Origin: an uncultured bacterium
GTDB lineage: Bacteria; Verrucomicrobiota; Kiritimatiellia; PWTM01
Direction: 5' to 3'
Assembly (NCBI GenBank): GCA_963744655.1
Contig: CAVUUJ010000001.1
Location: 335,835-399,834 of the forward strand
DNA: 64,000 nucleotides
Position 1 is the first letter of the stretch; every line of letters begins with the position of its first letter. Position numbers and translations under genes: made by a program. Below the pieces are notes generated by a model. The model worked only from the letters and a program-made list of their open reading frames with translations. It was not told the DNA's origin and searched no databases. Shown piece after piece: positions 39,286 to 49,400 of the stretch.

Positions 39286-39804
39286 TCAGGGCGCGGCGGG
39301 CGGCGGGGCCTGCAGCTCCCGCAGGGCGTTCGCCACCTGCGCGGCATGGCCGGCCGTATCGACCGGGTCGAGGACGCGGGCGATGCGGCCCTCCGGGTCG
39401 ACCAGGAACGTGACGCGCCGCGCGTACAGCCCGGAGGGGGCGAGCACCCCGTACGCCTCGGCGACGGCCTTGCCGTCGTCGCCCACCAGATCGAAAGGCA
39501 GCCGGTGCTTCTCCTTGAACTTCCGCTGCAGCGCCAGGCTGTCCAGGCTCACGCCCAGCACGGCGGCCTGCAGCCCGGCCAGGTCCCGGATCCCGTCGCG
39601 CAACGAGCAGGCCTCGCGGGTGCAGCCTGGGGTGAGGGCCTTGGGGTAGAAGAACAGGACCAGCCAGCGGCCCGTGAAGTCCTCCAGCTTGGCCGGTCCG
39701 CCCGTGGTCGACGCGGCGAACGGCGGCGCCGCGTCGCCCGGCTGCAGCGCCGGAGCGGAGAGGGCGGCGGAGAGCAAGAGGGTCGTGGCGATAGCTCGTT
39801 TCAT
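39286..39804 (-). CDS. bcp: Bcp-type peroxiredoxin with signal peptide
   Basis: VLFFYPKALTPGCTREAC carries the PxxxTxxC peroxidatic site. The N-terminal signal is MKRAIATTLLLSAALSAPA. Confidence 0.8.
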   Translation of the reverse strand: MKRAIATTLLLSAALSAPALQPGDAAPPFAASTTGGPAKLEDFTGRWLVLFFYPKALTPGCTREACSLRDGIRDLAGLQAAVLGVSLDSLALQRKFKEKHRLPFDLVGDDGKAVAEAYGVLAPSGLYARRVTFLVDPEGRIARVLDPVDTAGHAAQVANALRELQAPPPAAP

Positions 39805-39997
39805 GGTCGGTCTCCCGTGGTTTCCGGCACTCTACGACACCCGGCGGGCGGTTGCCACCCGCGGGCGCGGGTCCTTGCGCGGCGAGGGCGCCCGGACCCG
39901 CGGGGCGGGCGCGGGCGTCCGCGTCTCGCCGGTGGACGTCCGGCCCCGCGATCGGCTAGGCTTCGGGCGCCGGCGGGAGACTACCGTGACGACAAGC

Positions 39998-41170
39998 ATG
40001 TTTCGACGGCGGCTGGACTGGATGAACCAGCGCTACCGGGTCCTGCTGGAGCAGGAAAACCCGGTGGACCGCGAGTGGTACAACGGGATCTACGAGCGCT
40101 ACCGCCGGCCCGTGCTGACCCGCGCGCACGTGCCGCTGCACTGGCGCTACGACCTGGACCCCGCCACGAACCCGCACCTCCTGGAGCGGCTCGGGGTCAA
40201 CGCGGTGTTCAACCCCGGCGCGATCGAGTGGGAGGGGAACATCCTGCTGGTCGCGCGGGTGGAGGGGTACGACCGCAAGTCGTTCTTCGCGATCGCCGAA
40301 AGCGCCAGCGGCACCGACCGCTTCCGCTTCTGGGACTACCCGATCGACCTGCCGGGGACCGGTGAGCCCGACACGAACGTGTACGACATGCGCCTCGTCC
40401 GGCACGACGACGGGTGGGTGTACGGGCTGTTCTGCACCGAGCGGCGCGATCCCGCCGCGCCGCCCCACGACCTGTCCGCCGCCGTCGCGCGCTGCGGCAT
40501 CGTGCGGACCCGCGACCTCAAGACCTGGACGCGGCTTCCGGACCTCGTCACGCGCTCTCCGCAGCAGCGCAACGTGGTGCTGCACCCGGAGTTCGTGGGC
40601 GGACGGTACGCCCTTTACACGCGGCCGATGGACGGGTTCGTGACGGCGGGCCGCGGGGGCGGCATCGGGTGGGCCCTGTGCGAAAGCATGGAGGAGGCGC
40701 AGATCGGCGAGGAACAGGTCATGGACGCCCGGGCCTACCACACGATCAAGGAAGCGAAGAACGGGATCGGCCCCGCCCCGCTCAAGACGGACCGCGGCTG
40801 GCTGCACCTCGCCCACGGCGTGCGCGAGACGGCGGCGGGCCTCCGCTACACGCTGTACCTGTTCCTCTGCGCGCCGGACGACCCGTCGCGGGTGATCGCC
40901 GTGCCCGGCGGGCACTTCATGGCCCCGCTGGGGGAGGAACGCGTGGGGGACGTCTCCAACGTGCTGTTCTGCAACGGGTGGGTGGCGCGGCCCGGCGGGG
41001 CGGTGTTCATCTACTACGCTTCCTCGGACACGCGCATCCACGTGGCGACCACGTCGGTGGACCGCCTGCTGGACTACGTCCTGAACACACCGCCGGACCC
41101 GTCGCGCTCGGCGGGCAGCGCGGCGCAGCGGCATGCCCTGATCGACCGCAACCTGCCGCTTCTCGGCTGA
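39998..41170 (+). CDS. GH130 4-O-beta-D-mannosyl-D-glucose phosphorylase-type enzyme
   Basis: 390 aa, co-linear with the Bacteroides MGP sequence as I recall it: RYRRPVLT..H.P..WRYDL...NP.L.ER.G.NA..N.GAI.W.G..L...RVEG.DRKSFFA.AES..G.D.FRFW.YP, QQRNVVLHPEFV.G.YALYTRP, GDVSNVLF.NGW and IYYASSDTR.HVAT. Confidence 0.85.
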   Translation: MFRRRLDWMNQRYRVLLEQENPVDREWYNGIYERYRRPVLTRAHVPLHWRYDLDPATNPHLLERLGVNAVFNPGAIEWEGNILLVARVEGYDRKSFFAIAESASGTDRFRFWDYPIDLPGTGEPDTNVYDMRLVRHDDGWVYGLFCTERRDPAAPPHDLSAAVARCGIVRTRDLKTWTRLPDLVTRSPQQRNVVLHPEFVGGRYALYTRPMDGFVTAGRGGGIGWALCESMEEAQIGEEQVMDARAYHTIKEAKNGIGPAPLKTDRGWLHLAHGVRETAAGLRYTLYLFLCAPDDPSRVIAVPGGHFMAPLGEERVGDVSNVLFCNGWVARPGGAVFIYYASSDTRIHVATTSVDRLLDYVLNTPPDPSRSAGSAAQRHALIDRNLPLLG

Positions 41171-41248
41171 ACGGCCGCGGCGCGGCCGCGCCCGCAGGCG
41201 GCCGGACCGGGCCTGCGGCCCGAGCCCCGGCCGAAGGCCGGCAGCCGG

Positions 41249-42883
41249 CTAGCGGGCGGGCCCGCCCGCGAGGGCCAGCAGCAGGAGGGGGGCCGGCGTC
41301 CCGGCCGCGTCCGCCCGGCCCGCCAGCGCCCCGGGCGGGTAGCGCGAGGTGACGGAGAGGGCCAGGGTGGCCAGCGCCGTGCGGTAGACCTCCCCTTCGC
41401 CGTCGTCCGCGTGCGTGCCGGCGGGCCATCCGCCGGAGGCGGTCTGCCCGGCGGCGAGACCGGCGAGCAGGGGCACGCCGTGGCCGGTCCAGCTTGCACC
41501 GCCCGCGGCGAAGAGCGCCTCGGCCGCGCGGAACACGGCGCGCCGCCCGGTGCCGGGTTCGGCGGCCCGGCCCGCCCGGCAGGCGCGTTCGAGTTCGGCG
41601 AGGGCGCGCCGCGCCTCGGGCGATGCGCCGTGCCCCAGCCGGAAGAGCAGGGAGGCCCGGTTCGCCGGGCCGGCGAGTTCGTCGCGCTCGCCGCGGGGCG
41701 GCGGGACATACAGGGACCCCGCCGGGTCGTACCGCGTCTTCACCGCGGCCACGATGTCCTGCAGGGCGGCATCCAGGCCCGCGACCTGGAGGCCGGCCAA
41801 CCGCGCGGCCAGCAGGGCGTCGGCCCGCCAAACCAGCTCGTCGAGCGAGGGGACCGGGGCCGGGGCAGGCCCGGCCGCGTCCGCAAGCATCGCCGCGGCG
41901 CCCCGCTCGGCCAGCGGCCGCAGGGCCGGCAGGCGGGTCACCGCGTAGGCCTCGGAAAAGGCGGCGACCGCCACCGCGCGCCGCCTGTCGCCGGGTCCGC
42001 CGGACCGGGCCCCGAAGGGCGGGTGCGCGGCCAGGCGGCGCAGGCCCAGGGAGAGCGCCGCGCGGTCCGCCGTGCCGGCGCCGTTGTCCGGCCCGGCCAG
42101 GAGCGCCAGCAGGGCGAGCCCGTCCGTGCCGTCGCCGGGCCAGGTGCCGTCGGGGCGCTGAAGTGCCGCGAGCCGCGCGCGGCCCAGCCGCCGGGCGCGG
42201 GTGACCTCCTGCGCGTACGGGCCGAGGCGGCGGGACGCCTCGAGCGCCGCGGCCCCGGCGCCGCGCGAGGCAAAAGCGCGCGGCAGGGGACCGGCCGGCC
42301 ACCGCGCGGCCGGCTCCGTCTCGTAGAGCGGCAGGATGCGGTTGGCGAGGCGGTCGGCCACCGGCAGGTCGGCGGGCCGGGACGGGGCAGCCGGCGCCGG
42401 AACGGCCGGCGGCTCGGCGCCGGAACCCGCCCCGCGCAGCGGCTCCATGTCGGCGGGCGCCTCCTCGAGGCGGAGGGTCTCCGGGGGGCGGAGCGTGACG
42501 GCGACGTCCCGGGCGGGGTCGGCGGCGGGACGGAAGACGACCACGCGCAGCAGGATCAGCACGAGGGCGGCGTGGGCCAGCACGGCCGCCGCGGGGCCCC
42601 AGGCGTGGTCGAACGCCCTGCCGAAGGGGCCGGGCCGCGCCGCGCCGGCGGCCGCCGCGGCCGCGGGCCGGGCGGGAAGGGCCTCGAGTACGGGCGGGAG
42701 GGCGCCGGCGGCGGCCCGGCGGAAGTGGGTGCCGAGGGCCTCGTCGAGGCGGGTCATGGCGACGAACCGGCGGCGGGCGGACTCGGAGGTCCGGAGCCGG
42801 TCCTCAAGCTCGGCGCGGCCCGCCTCGTCCAGCACCTCGTCCAGGTAGGCGTGCAGCAGCTCGTCGAGTCGCCCGTCCGGCAT
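41249..42883 (-). CDS. Anti-sigma factor with single TM and periplasmic prenyltransferase/squalene-cyclase-like repeats
   Basis: The N-terminus is LLHAYLDEVLDEAGRAELEDRL, the TM segment is AVLAHAALVLILLRVVVF, and the repeats read LQRPDGTWPG...GLALLAL and QTASGGWPAG. The start lies 3 nt after the ECF sigma stop. Confidence 0.65.
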   Translation of the reverse strand: MPDGRLDELLHAYLDEVLDEAGRAELEDRLRTSESARRRFVAMTRLDEALGTHFRRAAAGALPPVLEALPARPAAAAAAGAARPGPFGRAFDHAWGPAAAVLAHAALVLILLRVVVFRPAADPARDVAVTLRPPETLRLEEAPADMEPLRGAGSGAEPPAVPAPAAPSRPADLPVADRLANRILPLYETEPAARWPAGPLPRAFASRGAGAAALEASRRLGPYAQEVTRARRLGRARLAALQRPDGTWPGDGTDGLALLALLAGPDNGAGTADRAALSLGLRRLAAHPPFGARSGGPGDRRRAVAVAAFSEAYAVTRLPALRPLAERGAAAMLADAAGPAPAPVPSLDELVWRADALLAARLAGLQVAGLDAALQDIVAAVKTRYDPAGSLYVPPPRGERDELAGPANRASLLFRLGHGASPEARRALAELERACRAGRAAEPGTGRRAVFRAAEALFAAGGASWTGHGVPLLAGLAAGQTASGGWPAGTHADDGEGEVYRTALATLALSVTSRYPPGALAGRADAAGTPAPLLLLALAGGPAR

Positions 42884-42886
42884 GGC

Positions 42887-43429
42887 TCAGCCCGCCTCCT
42901 GCCATTCGCCCGAGGCGATCATCTCCCGCTCGATGCACGCGCGCAGCCGGTCGCGCAGGCGGGACACGGCCTTGTGCACCGCGTCGAGCTTACGACCCAG
43001 CTGCACGGCCATCTCCCGCAGCTTCAGCGCCTGCCCGTAGCGCAGTTCCAGCAGGTGCCGCGAGCGCTCGGGCAGCTTGCGCAGGCAGGTTTGCAGCGCC
43101 GCGCGCAGCGCCTCGCCGTCGTCCTCCGTGCGGTCGTAGACCTCGAGCACCCGCTCGATGACGCCGGGGTCGAGCGGGGCGGGGGCGCGGCGGGTGCGGT
43201 CGAAATGGTGAAAGGCCTTGTGCACCGCGATCCCGCGGGCCCAGGCGCCGAAGGAGCGGGCCGGGTCGTACTGTTCGAACCGTCGCCACAGCACCAGCGC
43301 GGTTTCCTGGAACACGTCGTCGCAGGCGGTCCGGTCCCGCACCAGCGAACCGATGACCGCGCGGATGTCGTCCTGGTGCGTCAGGAAGTGCTTCAGGAAT
43401 TCCGCCTGCCGGTCTGCGCTCTCTCCCAC
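42887..43429 (-). CDS. ECF-type RNA polymerase sigma factor (PVC-type)
   Basis: Region 2 is DDVFQETALVLWRRF...F.AWARGIA and region 4 is LPERSRHLLELRYGQALKLREMAVQLGRKLDAVHKAVSRLR. A GTG start at 43429 is assumed. Confidence 0.8.
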   Translation of the reverse strand: MGESADRQAEFLKHFLTHQDDIRAVIGSLVRDRTACDDVFQETALVLWRRFEQYDPARSFGAWARGIAVHKAFHHFDRTRRAPAPLDPGVIERVLEVYDRTEDDGEALRAALQTCLRKLPERSRHLLELRYGQALKLREMAVQLGRKLDAVHKAVSRLRDRLRACIEREMIASGEWQEAG

Positions 43430-43574
43430 GATGCCGTCTCTCCGCGACTCCCGCTCCTCGCCTCTTCCCGCGGGGGGTCGATCTTGGACAACAGGATACG
43501 CTTCCCGCGCCGGTCCCGCACGGGCGGGGCGGCAACGAAGGGTCAACCCTCCGGCCCGGCCGCGTGGCGGGCGG

Positions 43575-45086
43575 TCAGTAGGCCTTGGCGAACAGTCCCC
43601 GCCGGCGGCTGGGGCGGCCGGAGAAGATGCACCGGCCCTCCTCCTCGGGCGCATCGAGCGGGACGCACCGGCAGGTGACCTTCAAGGCCTTGAGCTTCTC
43701 GTCCATCTCCGGTCCCTCGGCGAAGTGGCAGTACGCCAGCCCGCCGTGCAGCTCGTTGCCCTTCGGCGTGAAGAAGGCATCGAACTCCGCCGGCTCGTCG
43801 ATCCGCACGGTGCAGGCCTCGCGCAGCGCGAGGGCCCGCTGGAAGAGCCCGGCCTGGATATCGGCCAGTTCCGCCGCCACGGTCTCCACGAAACGGGCGC
43901 GGGGCACGCCGGCCTTCTCGCGCGGCCCGCGGTCTCTCCGGGCCGCGAAGACCGAGTCCGACGCGAGGTCGCGCGGGCCGATTTCGAGCCGGATGGGCAC
44001 CCCGCGCTTGACCTGGTACCAGCTGCGCTCGCCGCTGGTCAGGTCGCGGTCGTCGAGGCGCACGCGGACCGGTTCGCCCTCGTAGCGCTGCGCCTCCAGT
44101 TCCCGTTTCACGCGGTCGACGTACGCCAGGACCGCGGCGCGCTCCTCGTCGTTGCGGAAGATGGGGATGAGGACCACGTGCGCCGGCGCGAGGCGGGGCG
44201 GCAGCACGAGGCCGTCGTCGTCGCTGTGGCTCATGATCAGGCCGCCCACCAGGCGCGTCGACACGCCCCACGACGTCGTCCACGCGAATTCCTCGCGCCC
44301 CTCGCGGCTCTGGAACAGGATCCGCTGCGCGCGGGCGAAGTTCTGGCCCAGGAAGTGCGACGTGCCCGCCTGCAGGGCCTTGCGGTCCTGCATCAGCGCC
44401 TCGATGCAGTAGGTGTTCACCGCGCCCGGGAACCGCTCGCCGGCGGTCTTCTCGCCCCGGATCACGGGCATCGCCATCATCTCCTCGGCGAATGCGGCGT
44501 AGACGTCCAGCATGCGCCGCGTCTCCTCCATCGCCTCCCCGGCCGTCGCGTGGACGGTGTGCCCCTCCTGCCAGAGGAACTCGGCCGTGCGCAGGAACAG
44601 GCGCGTGCGCATCTCCCAGCGCACGACGTTGGCCCATTGGTTGAGCAGGATCGGCAGGTCGCGGTAGGACTGCACCCACCGCGCGTAGGTGGCGCCGATG
44701 ATGGTCTCGCTCGTGGGCCGCACGATCAGCGGCTCCTCGAGCGGCGAGGCCGGAACGAGGCCGCCGTCCGGACCGGGGACCAGCCGCGAGTGCGTTACGA
44801 CCGCGCACTCCTTGGCGAACCCCTCGACGTGCTCGGCCTCTTTCGCCAGGAAACTGATCGGGATGAAGAGCGGGAAGTAGGCGTTCTCGTGGCCGGTCTC
44901 CTTGAAGCGGCGGTCGAGGTCCCGCTGGATGTTCTCCCACACGGCGTAGCCCCAGGGCCGGATGACCATGCATCCGCGCACGTCGGAAGCCTCCGCGAGC
45001 TCGGCCGCCTTCACGACCTGCTGGTACCACTCCGGGTAGTCCTCGGCCCGTGTCGGGCTGATCGCGTGCCGCTCCTGCTTCGCCAT
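43575..45086 (-). CDS. proS: Prolyl-tRNA synthetase (archaeal/eukaryote-like type, no editing insertion)
   Basis: 503 aa with YPEWYQQVV..AEL, class II motifs (FRDE-like RWEMRTRLFLRTAEFLWQEGHT, GTSHFLGQNF) and the C-terminal zinc-binding-domain ending ...LFAKAY. Confidence 0.9.
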   Translation of the reverse strand: MAKQERHAISPTRAEDYPEWYQQVVKAAELAEASDVRGCMVIRPWGYAVWENIQRDLDRRFKETGHENAYFPLFIPISFLAKEAEHVEGFAKECAVVTHSRLVPGPDGGLVPASPLEEPLIVRPTSETIIGATYARWVQSYRDLPILLNQWANVVRWEMRTRLFLRTAEFLWQEGHTVHATAGEAMEETRRMLDVYAAFAEEMMAMPVIRGEKTAGERFPGAVNTYCIEALMQDRKALQAGTSHFLGQNFARAQRILFQSREGREEFAWTTSWGVSTRLVGGLIMSHSDDDGLVLPPRLAPAHVVLIPIFRNDEERAAVLAYVDRVKRELEAQRYEGEPVRVRLDDRDLTSGERSWYQVKRGVPIRLEIGPRDLASDSVFAARRDRGPREKAGVPRARFVETVAAELADIQAGLFQRALALREACTVRIDEPAEFDAFFTPKGNELHGGLAYCHFAEGPEMDEKLKALKVTCRCVPLDAPEEEGRCIFSGRPSRRRGLFAKAY

Positions 45087-45253
45087 GCCGTTCCTCGCTT
45101 TCCCGCGCCAAAGGCGGCCACGTTAGCAGCCCGGGGCGTCGGCCGTCACGCGGGGATTGCGGCGGGGCGGGGGAACGGCGGCCCGCGGGCGCCTGCCGGA
45201 GGGGGAGGGCCGGGGCCGGCGGCCGCGCGCGGGCGGCTGCCGGCCCCCCCGCC

Positions 45254-46440
45254 TCAAGGGCTCACGACCGTGCCGCGGAACTGCTCGGCCCACTGCTTGG
45301 TGGCGGGATGGTCGAGCTGCCGCGGGGTGAAGTGCAGCTGGAGCCACTCCTCGAAGGAGAGGTCCGGGGACGGCACGAGGACCGGGTTGGGCTGCAGCCC
45401 CACGGGGTTGCCGAACGCCGTCGCCGGATCGCCCAGCAGGTTGTAGACGTTGGACATGAAGCCCATCTCGCCCACCCGGGCGTAGTAGTCGAGCGCCACG
45501 GTCACGGCGTCGCCGATGCGGGCCGTTCCGCGTTCAAAGATCTCGCGGAAGAGCTCCTGGTCGAGCAGCGCGTTCTGGCTGTTGAAGGAGAGCGACACCG
45601 GGGACCAGACGGCCACCGCGCCCCCCCCCGGCGAGGCGGCGAGGGCCTCGCTGAGCGAGGCGTAGCCCGGGATGCCGAAGCGGCCGATGATGCAGGTGAT
45701 CGCCACGACGAAGGGGGGACGGTCGCCGTTCTGAATGCCCGGGACGTCGGCGGTGGTCACGATGGCCTCGCTCGCCATGCGGTCCATGCCCGAGTGGCCC
45801 GTGTAGTTGAAGAGCCCGGCGCCGCTGCCGAAGGCCCCGAGCGCGCTGCCGCGCGTGGCGGGGAGGCCGAGCTGCGGCAGGTACGCCTTCTCCGTGGCGT
45901 AGCCGGGCGTGACCAGCGAGGCCAGGCCGTCGCTCGTCGCGGGGAAGTCGCCGCCGTCGTCCGGGTCGTCGGCCAGCATGAACACCTTCTGCTTCCACGC
46001 ACCGCCCGCCTCGTAGGACTGGATCTTGGCCAGCACGGCGCGCAGCTCGGCGGGGGTCATGACCGGGAGGCGGCCCAGCGCCACCTCGGGCACCGCGTCG
46101 CCGTCGATGTCGCACAGCGGCAGGTCGGAGGCGAAGAGACCCAGGGGGGTGGCGAGCATGCCGGGCGGCACGAGGTTCTCGTTGGAGCCGCGCAGGTTCC
46201 GGTAGTCGTAAGTGCCGGTGCCCGCCAGCACGACGTAGCGGGCCGGCACGTTCCACGCCCGGACGGCCCAGGTGATGAAATGGCGGATGGCTTCCGGGTC
46301 CGCCACGCCGTGGTTGAAGTGGTCGTAGAGCTCCTGCAGCTCGACGACGAGGGCGGAGAGCCCCTGGGTCCGGCGGTAGGCGGCGAGCTCTTCGGCGGCC
46401 TCGGTCAGCGACGCCGGCGCGATCACGACGTAGTCGAAGC
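45254..46440 (-). other. Peptidase C25-like catalytic region of the mega-protein
   Basis: It runs from FDYVVIAPASL...AAYRRTQG to the end. The candidate His is in LFNYTGHSG (codon 45794-45796) and the candidate Cys is in VVAITCIIGRF (codon 45692-45694), followed by NLLGDPATAF. Confidence 0.7.
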
Positions 46441-49400
46441 CGTTGGTGGCGGCGGGCAGCGCGGAGAGCGGGACGCCCTCGATCGACGCGGGCGCGAGGG
46501 CGGTCGCCAGGGTCTGCGCGAGGTACCGGCGGTCGCCCGCCGACGGGGCGAAGCTCAGGCTGAACGTCCCGCCCTCCCGCGCGGCCCGGCGTTGCAGGAC
46601 CTGCCGGGGCTCGCACGGGTCGGTGACGTCAAGCAGGCAGATGTCGGGGGTCGGGAAGCCGCGCACGGTAACGGACGCGTGGCCGGCCGCGTCGAACGCG
46701 AGCCGCCCCGCCTCCGCGACGTAGCGGCGCGGGTAGGCGATGTCGAAGCTGTCGACGTAGAAGTACGTGAAGGGCACGCCGGCGTCGAGGACGCCCGCCA
46801 CTTCCAGGGTGTTGGTCCCGTCGGCCAGCAGCGCGGGGCTGAAGGCGGCGGTGAGCACGGCGGGCTGCGCGCCGTTCCAGCTCACCTCGCCCACGGGGGT
46901 GCCGTTGACCCGCACGACGGCGTGCTGGTCGGGATTGGCCGTCGTGTCGGCCGCGCCCTGCAGGTACACGGTGACCTCCGCGTCGGAGCCGGCGGCACTC
47001 CGGCCGCGGGTCGTGAAGGCGAACCGCAGCGGGGCGCCCGGCGCGCTCGCCGTGACGTACTGGTAGCCCCAGAGCCACATGTCGTCGTCGGCGTCGTAGA
47101 ACAGCGAGTTGGCCGGGAACACGTCCTGCTCGTAGTGTGTGCGGTCGACGAACCAGGCGGTGCCGTCGTCGGGGACCGCGCGGCCGGCGCCCACGGTCGC
47201 CGCCTTGATGCCGCGGCCGGACTCGAGCCAGTAGACGTTCTCCGTCGTGAAGAGGCTCTCGATCGCCTCCCCGTGGAAGAAGAGGCCCGTGCCGCCGGTG
47301 TCGGCGATCCAGGGGATCTCGAAACCCTGGTGGGACAGCCGGAAGCCCTGCCGCGCGAGCATCCCCTGCACGTCCGGCGTCGCGAGACCCAGCGCGGCGG
47401 CCAGGTCGGCGGCGTCCACGCGGTGGAGGCCGCCGGCGGTGACGCGCAGGCGGACGCGGTAGGTCGGCACGGCGGGGTTGGCCGCCTCGGCGCGGAGCTC
47501 CGCCTCGGCGCGCGCCGCCGCCGTCGCGCTCGCCGTGCGGTCCAGCGTGGCGGGACGCGCCCGCTGCTCGAAGCGCGGCGCCGGGTCCGGCGCCGCGGGG
47601 GTGCGCGCGGCGCTCCGCGCGCGGCCGGCCGGGCGGGCGGTGGCCGGGACGGCGCCGGGGCCCCGCGGCGCGCCTTCGCCGTAGGGGCCGTAGTGGCGCG
47701 TGAGCCCGGAGGCCTCGACCTCGCGCAGCACGTAGCGGTAGGGCACGTCCCGGCGCGCCGAGGCGTCGACCAGCCGGTAGGTTCCGCCCTGCACCGAGGT
47801 GAGCATCGCGGGCAGGATGTCGGGGTGCACGGGCTCGTAGTCCGCGTCGCCGGGTCCGCGCCGCAGCACGTAGAAGCCGACGGTGCCGACCTCGGAGGCC
47901 GTCTCCCACTCGACGGCGAGCCCCTCGTCCGCGGGCGTCACCTCGAAGCGGGTCACGAGGACGAGCGTGGGGCGCTCGGACGTGTAGCAGAAGTCCGCCC
48001 CGTCCAGGTCCGCGTCCACCAGCGTGACGGGATAGGGGTTCACCTGGCCCTGGTCCACGGTGTCGGGGATCCCATAGGTGGGCCGCTTCATGGCGAGCAC
48101 GCCGGTGGTGTCGCTGACGGCCACGAGGTAGTGGCCCGGGGGCAGGGAGACGAAGGCGAAGTCGCCGCCCGCATCGGTCGTGGCCGTGCCGAACGAGGGG
48201 TCGCCGGCATCCCACACGCCGTTGCCCGCGAGGTCGCGGTAGAGCGTCACGGCCACGCCGGGCAGGGCCGGATCGAGCGCATCCCGGTCGCCCTGGCCGT
48301 CGAGGTCCTCCCACACGGTGCCGAGGATCGACAGGGGCGTGGCGGCCGCGGCATAGCCGAAGTCGGCCAGGAGGCTGTCGGGCGCGGCCCCGGTAAGGAC
48401 GAGCCCGTAGGGGTCGAGCTTGCTGAAACCGTCCGCGTTGGCGATGCCGAGGGTCTTGGTGAACCCGTCCAGGACGTGCCCCACGTCGGTGACGTGCACG
48501 AGGTAGCGCGCCGCCGGCAGGCCGCCGAAGAAGTACCCGCCCCGGGCGTCGGTGGTCTCCGAGGTGACGAGGTTGTCGGTGCCGGGCTCGAGCAGGCCGT
48601 TTTCGTCGACGTCCTGCCAGAGTTCCAGGGTCACGCCCTGCAGGCCCGGCTCGCCGGGGGCGCGGAACCCGTCGGCGTCGCGGTCGTGGAATACGAGGTC
48701 GCCCAGCAGGCCCGCCTCGCCGCGGTAGCCGAAATCGAGGTCGGCCCGGTGCTCGCCCGCCGCCAGGGAAACGACGGCGGAGGGATTCGTGCCGGCCGTG
48801 AGGTGGAGGCCGCCGAGCACGGCGCCCGTGTCGGTGACGGTCACGCGGTAGCCGCCGGCCGCGAGGCCCCGGAAGCGGTAGGCGCCGAGGGGACCGGTCG
48901 TGACGACGGCCGCGGCGTCGCCCTGCGCGTTGAGCAGCGCGAGCGAGACGCCGGGGATCCCGTCCTCGCCGGCATCGACCGCGCCGTCGCCGTCGGTGTC
49001 GGCCCATACGAGGTCGCCGATGCGGCCCATGCCGGGCGCGTGGAAGCCGAAGTCGAGGTTCGCGCGGCTGTCGTTCGCCGGGTCGGCGTCGTCGAGGAAG
49101 GTGATGCCGCCGCTGGTGAGGCCGCCCGCGCTCTGCGGTCCGACGGTGGCGGTGCAGCCCTCGAGGGGGCCGCCCGCGCCGAAGTTGGACGCAGCGACCA
49201 CGACGTGATAGGTCCCCGTACCGAGCCCGGTGAAGCGGTAGAGGCCCGCCGCGCCGGTCGTGGTCGTGGCGACCGCCGTGCCGTTCGAGACCAGGTCGAG
49301 GACCACCCCGCCGCGGCCCGCTTCGTCCGGGTCCTGGATGCCGTCCTCGTCCGCGTCGGCCCACACGAAGTCGCCGACCGCGTACCCCGTGCCGCGGTAG

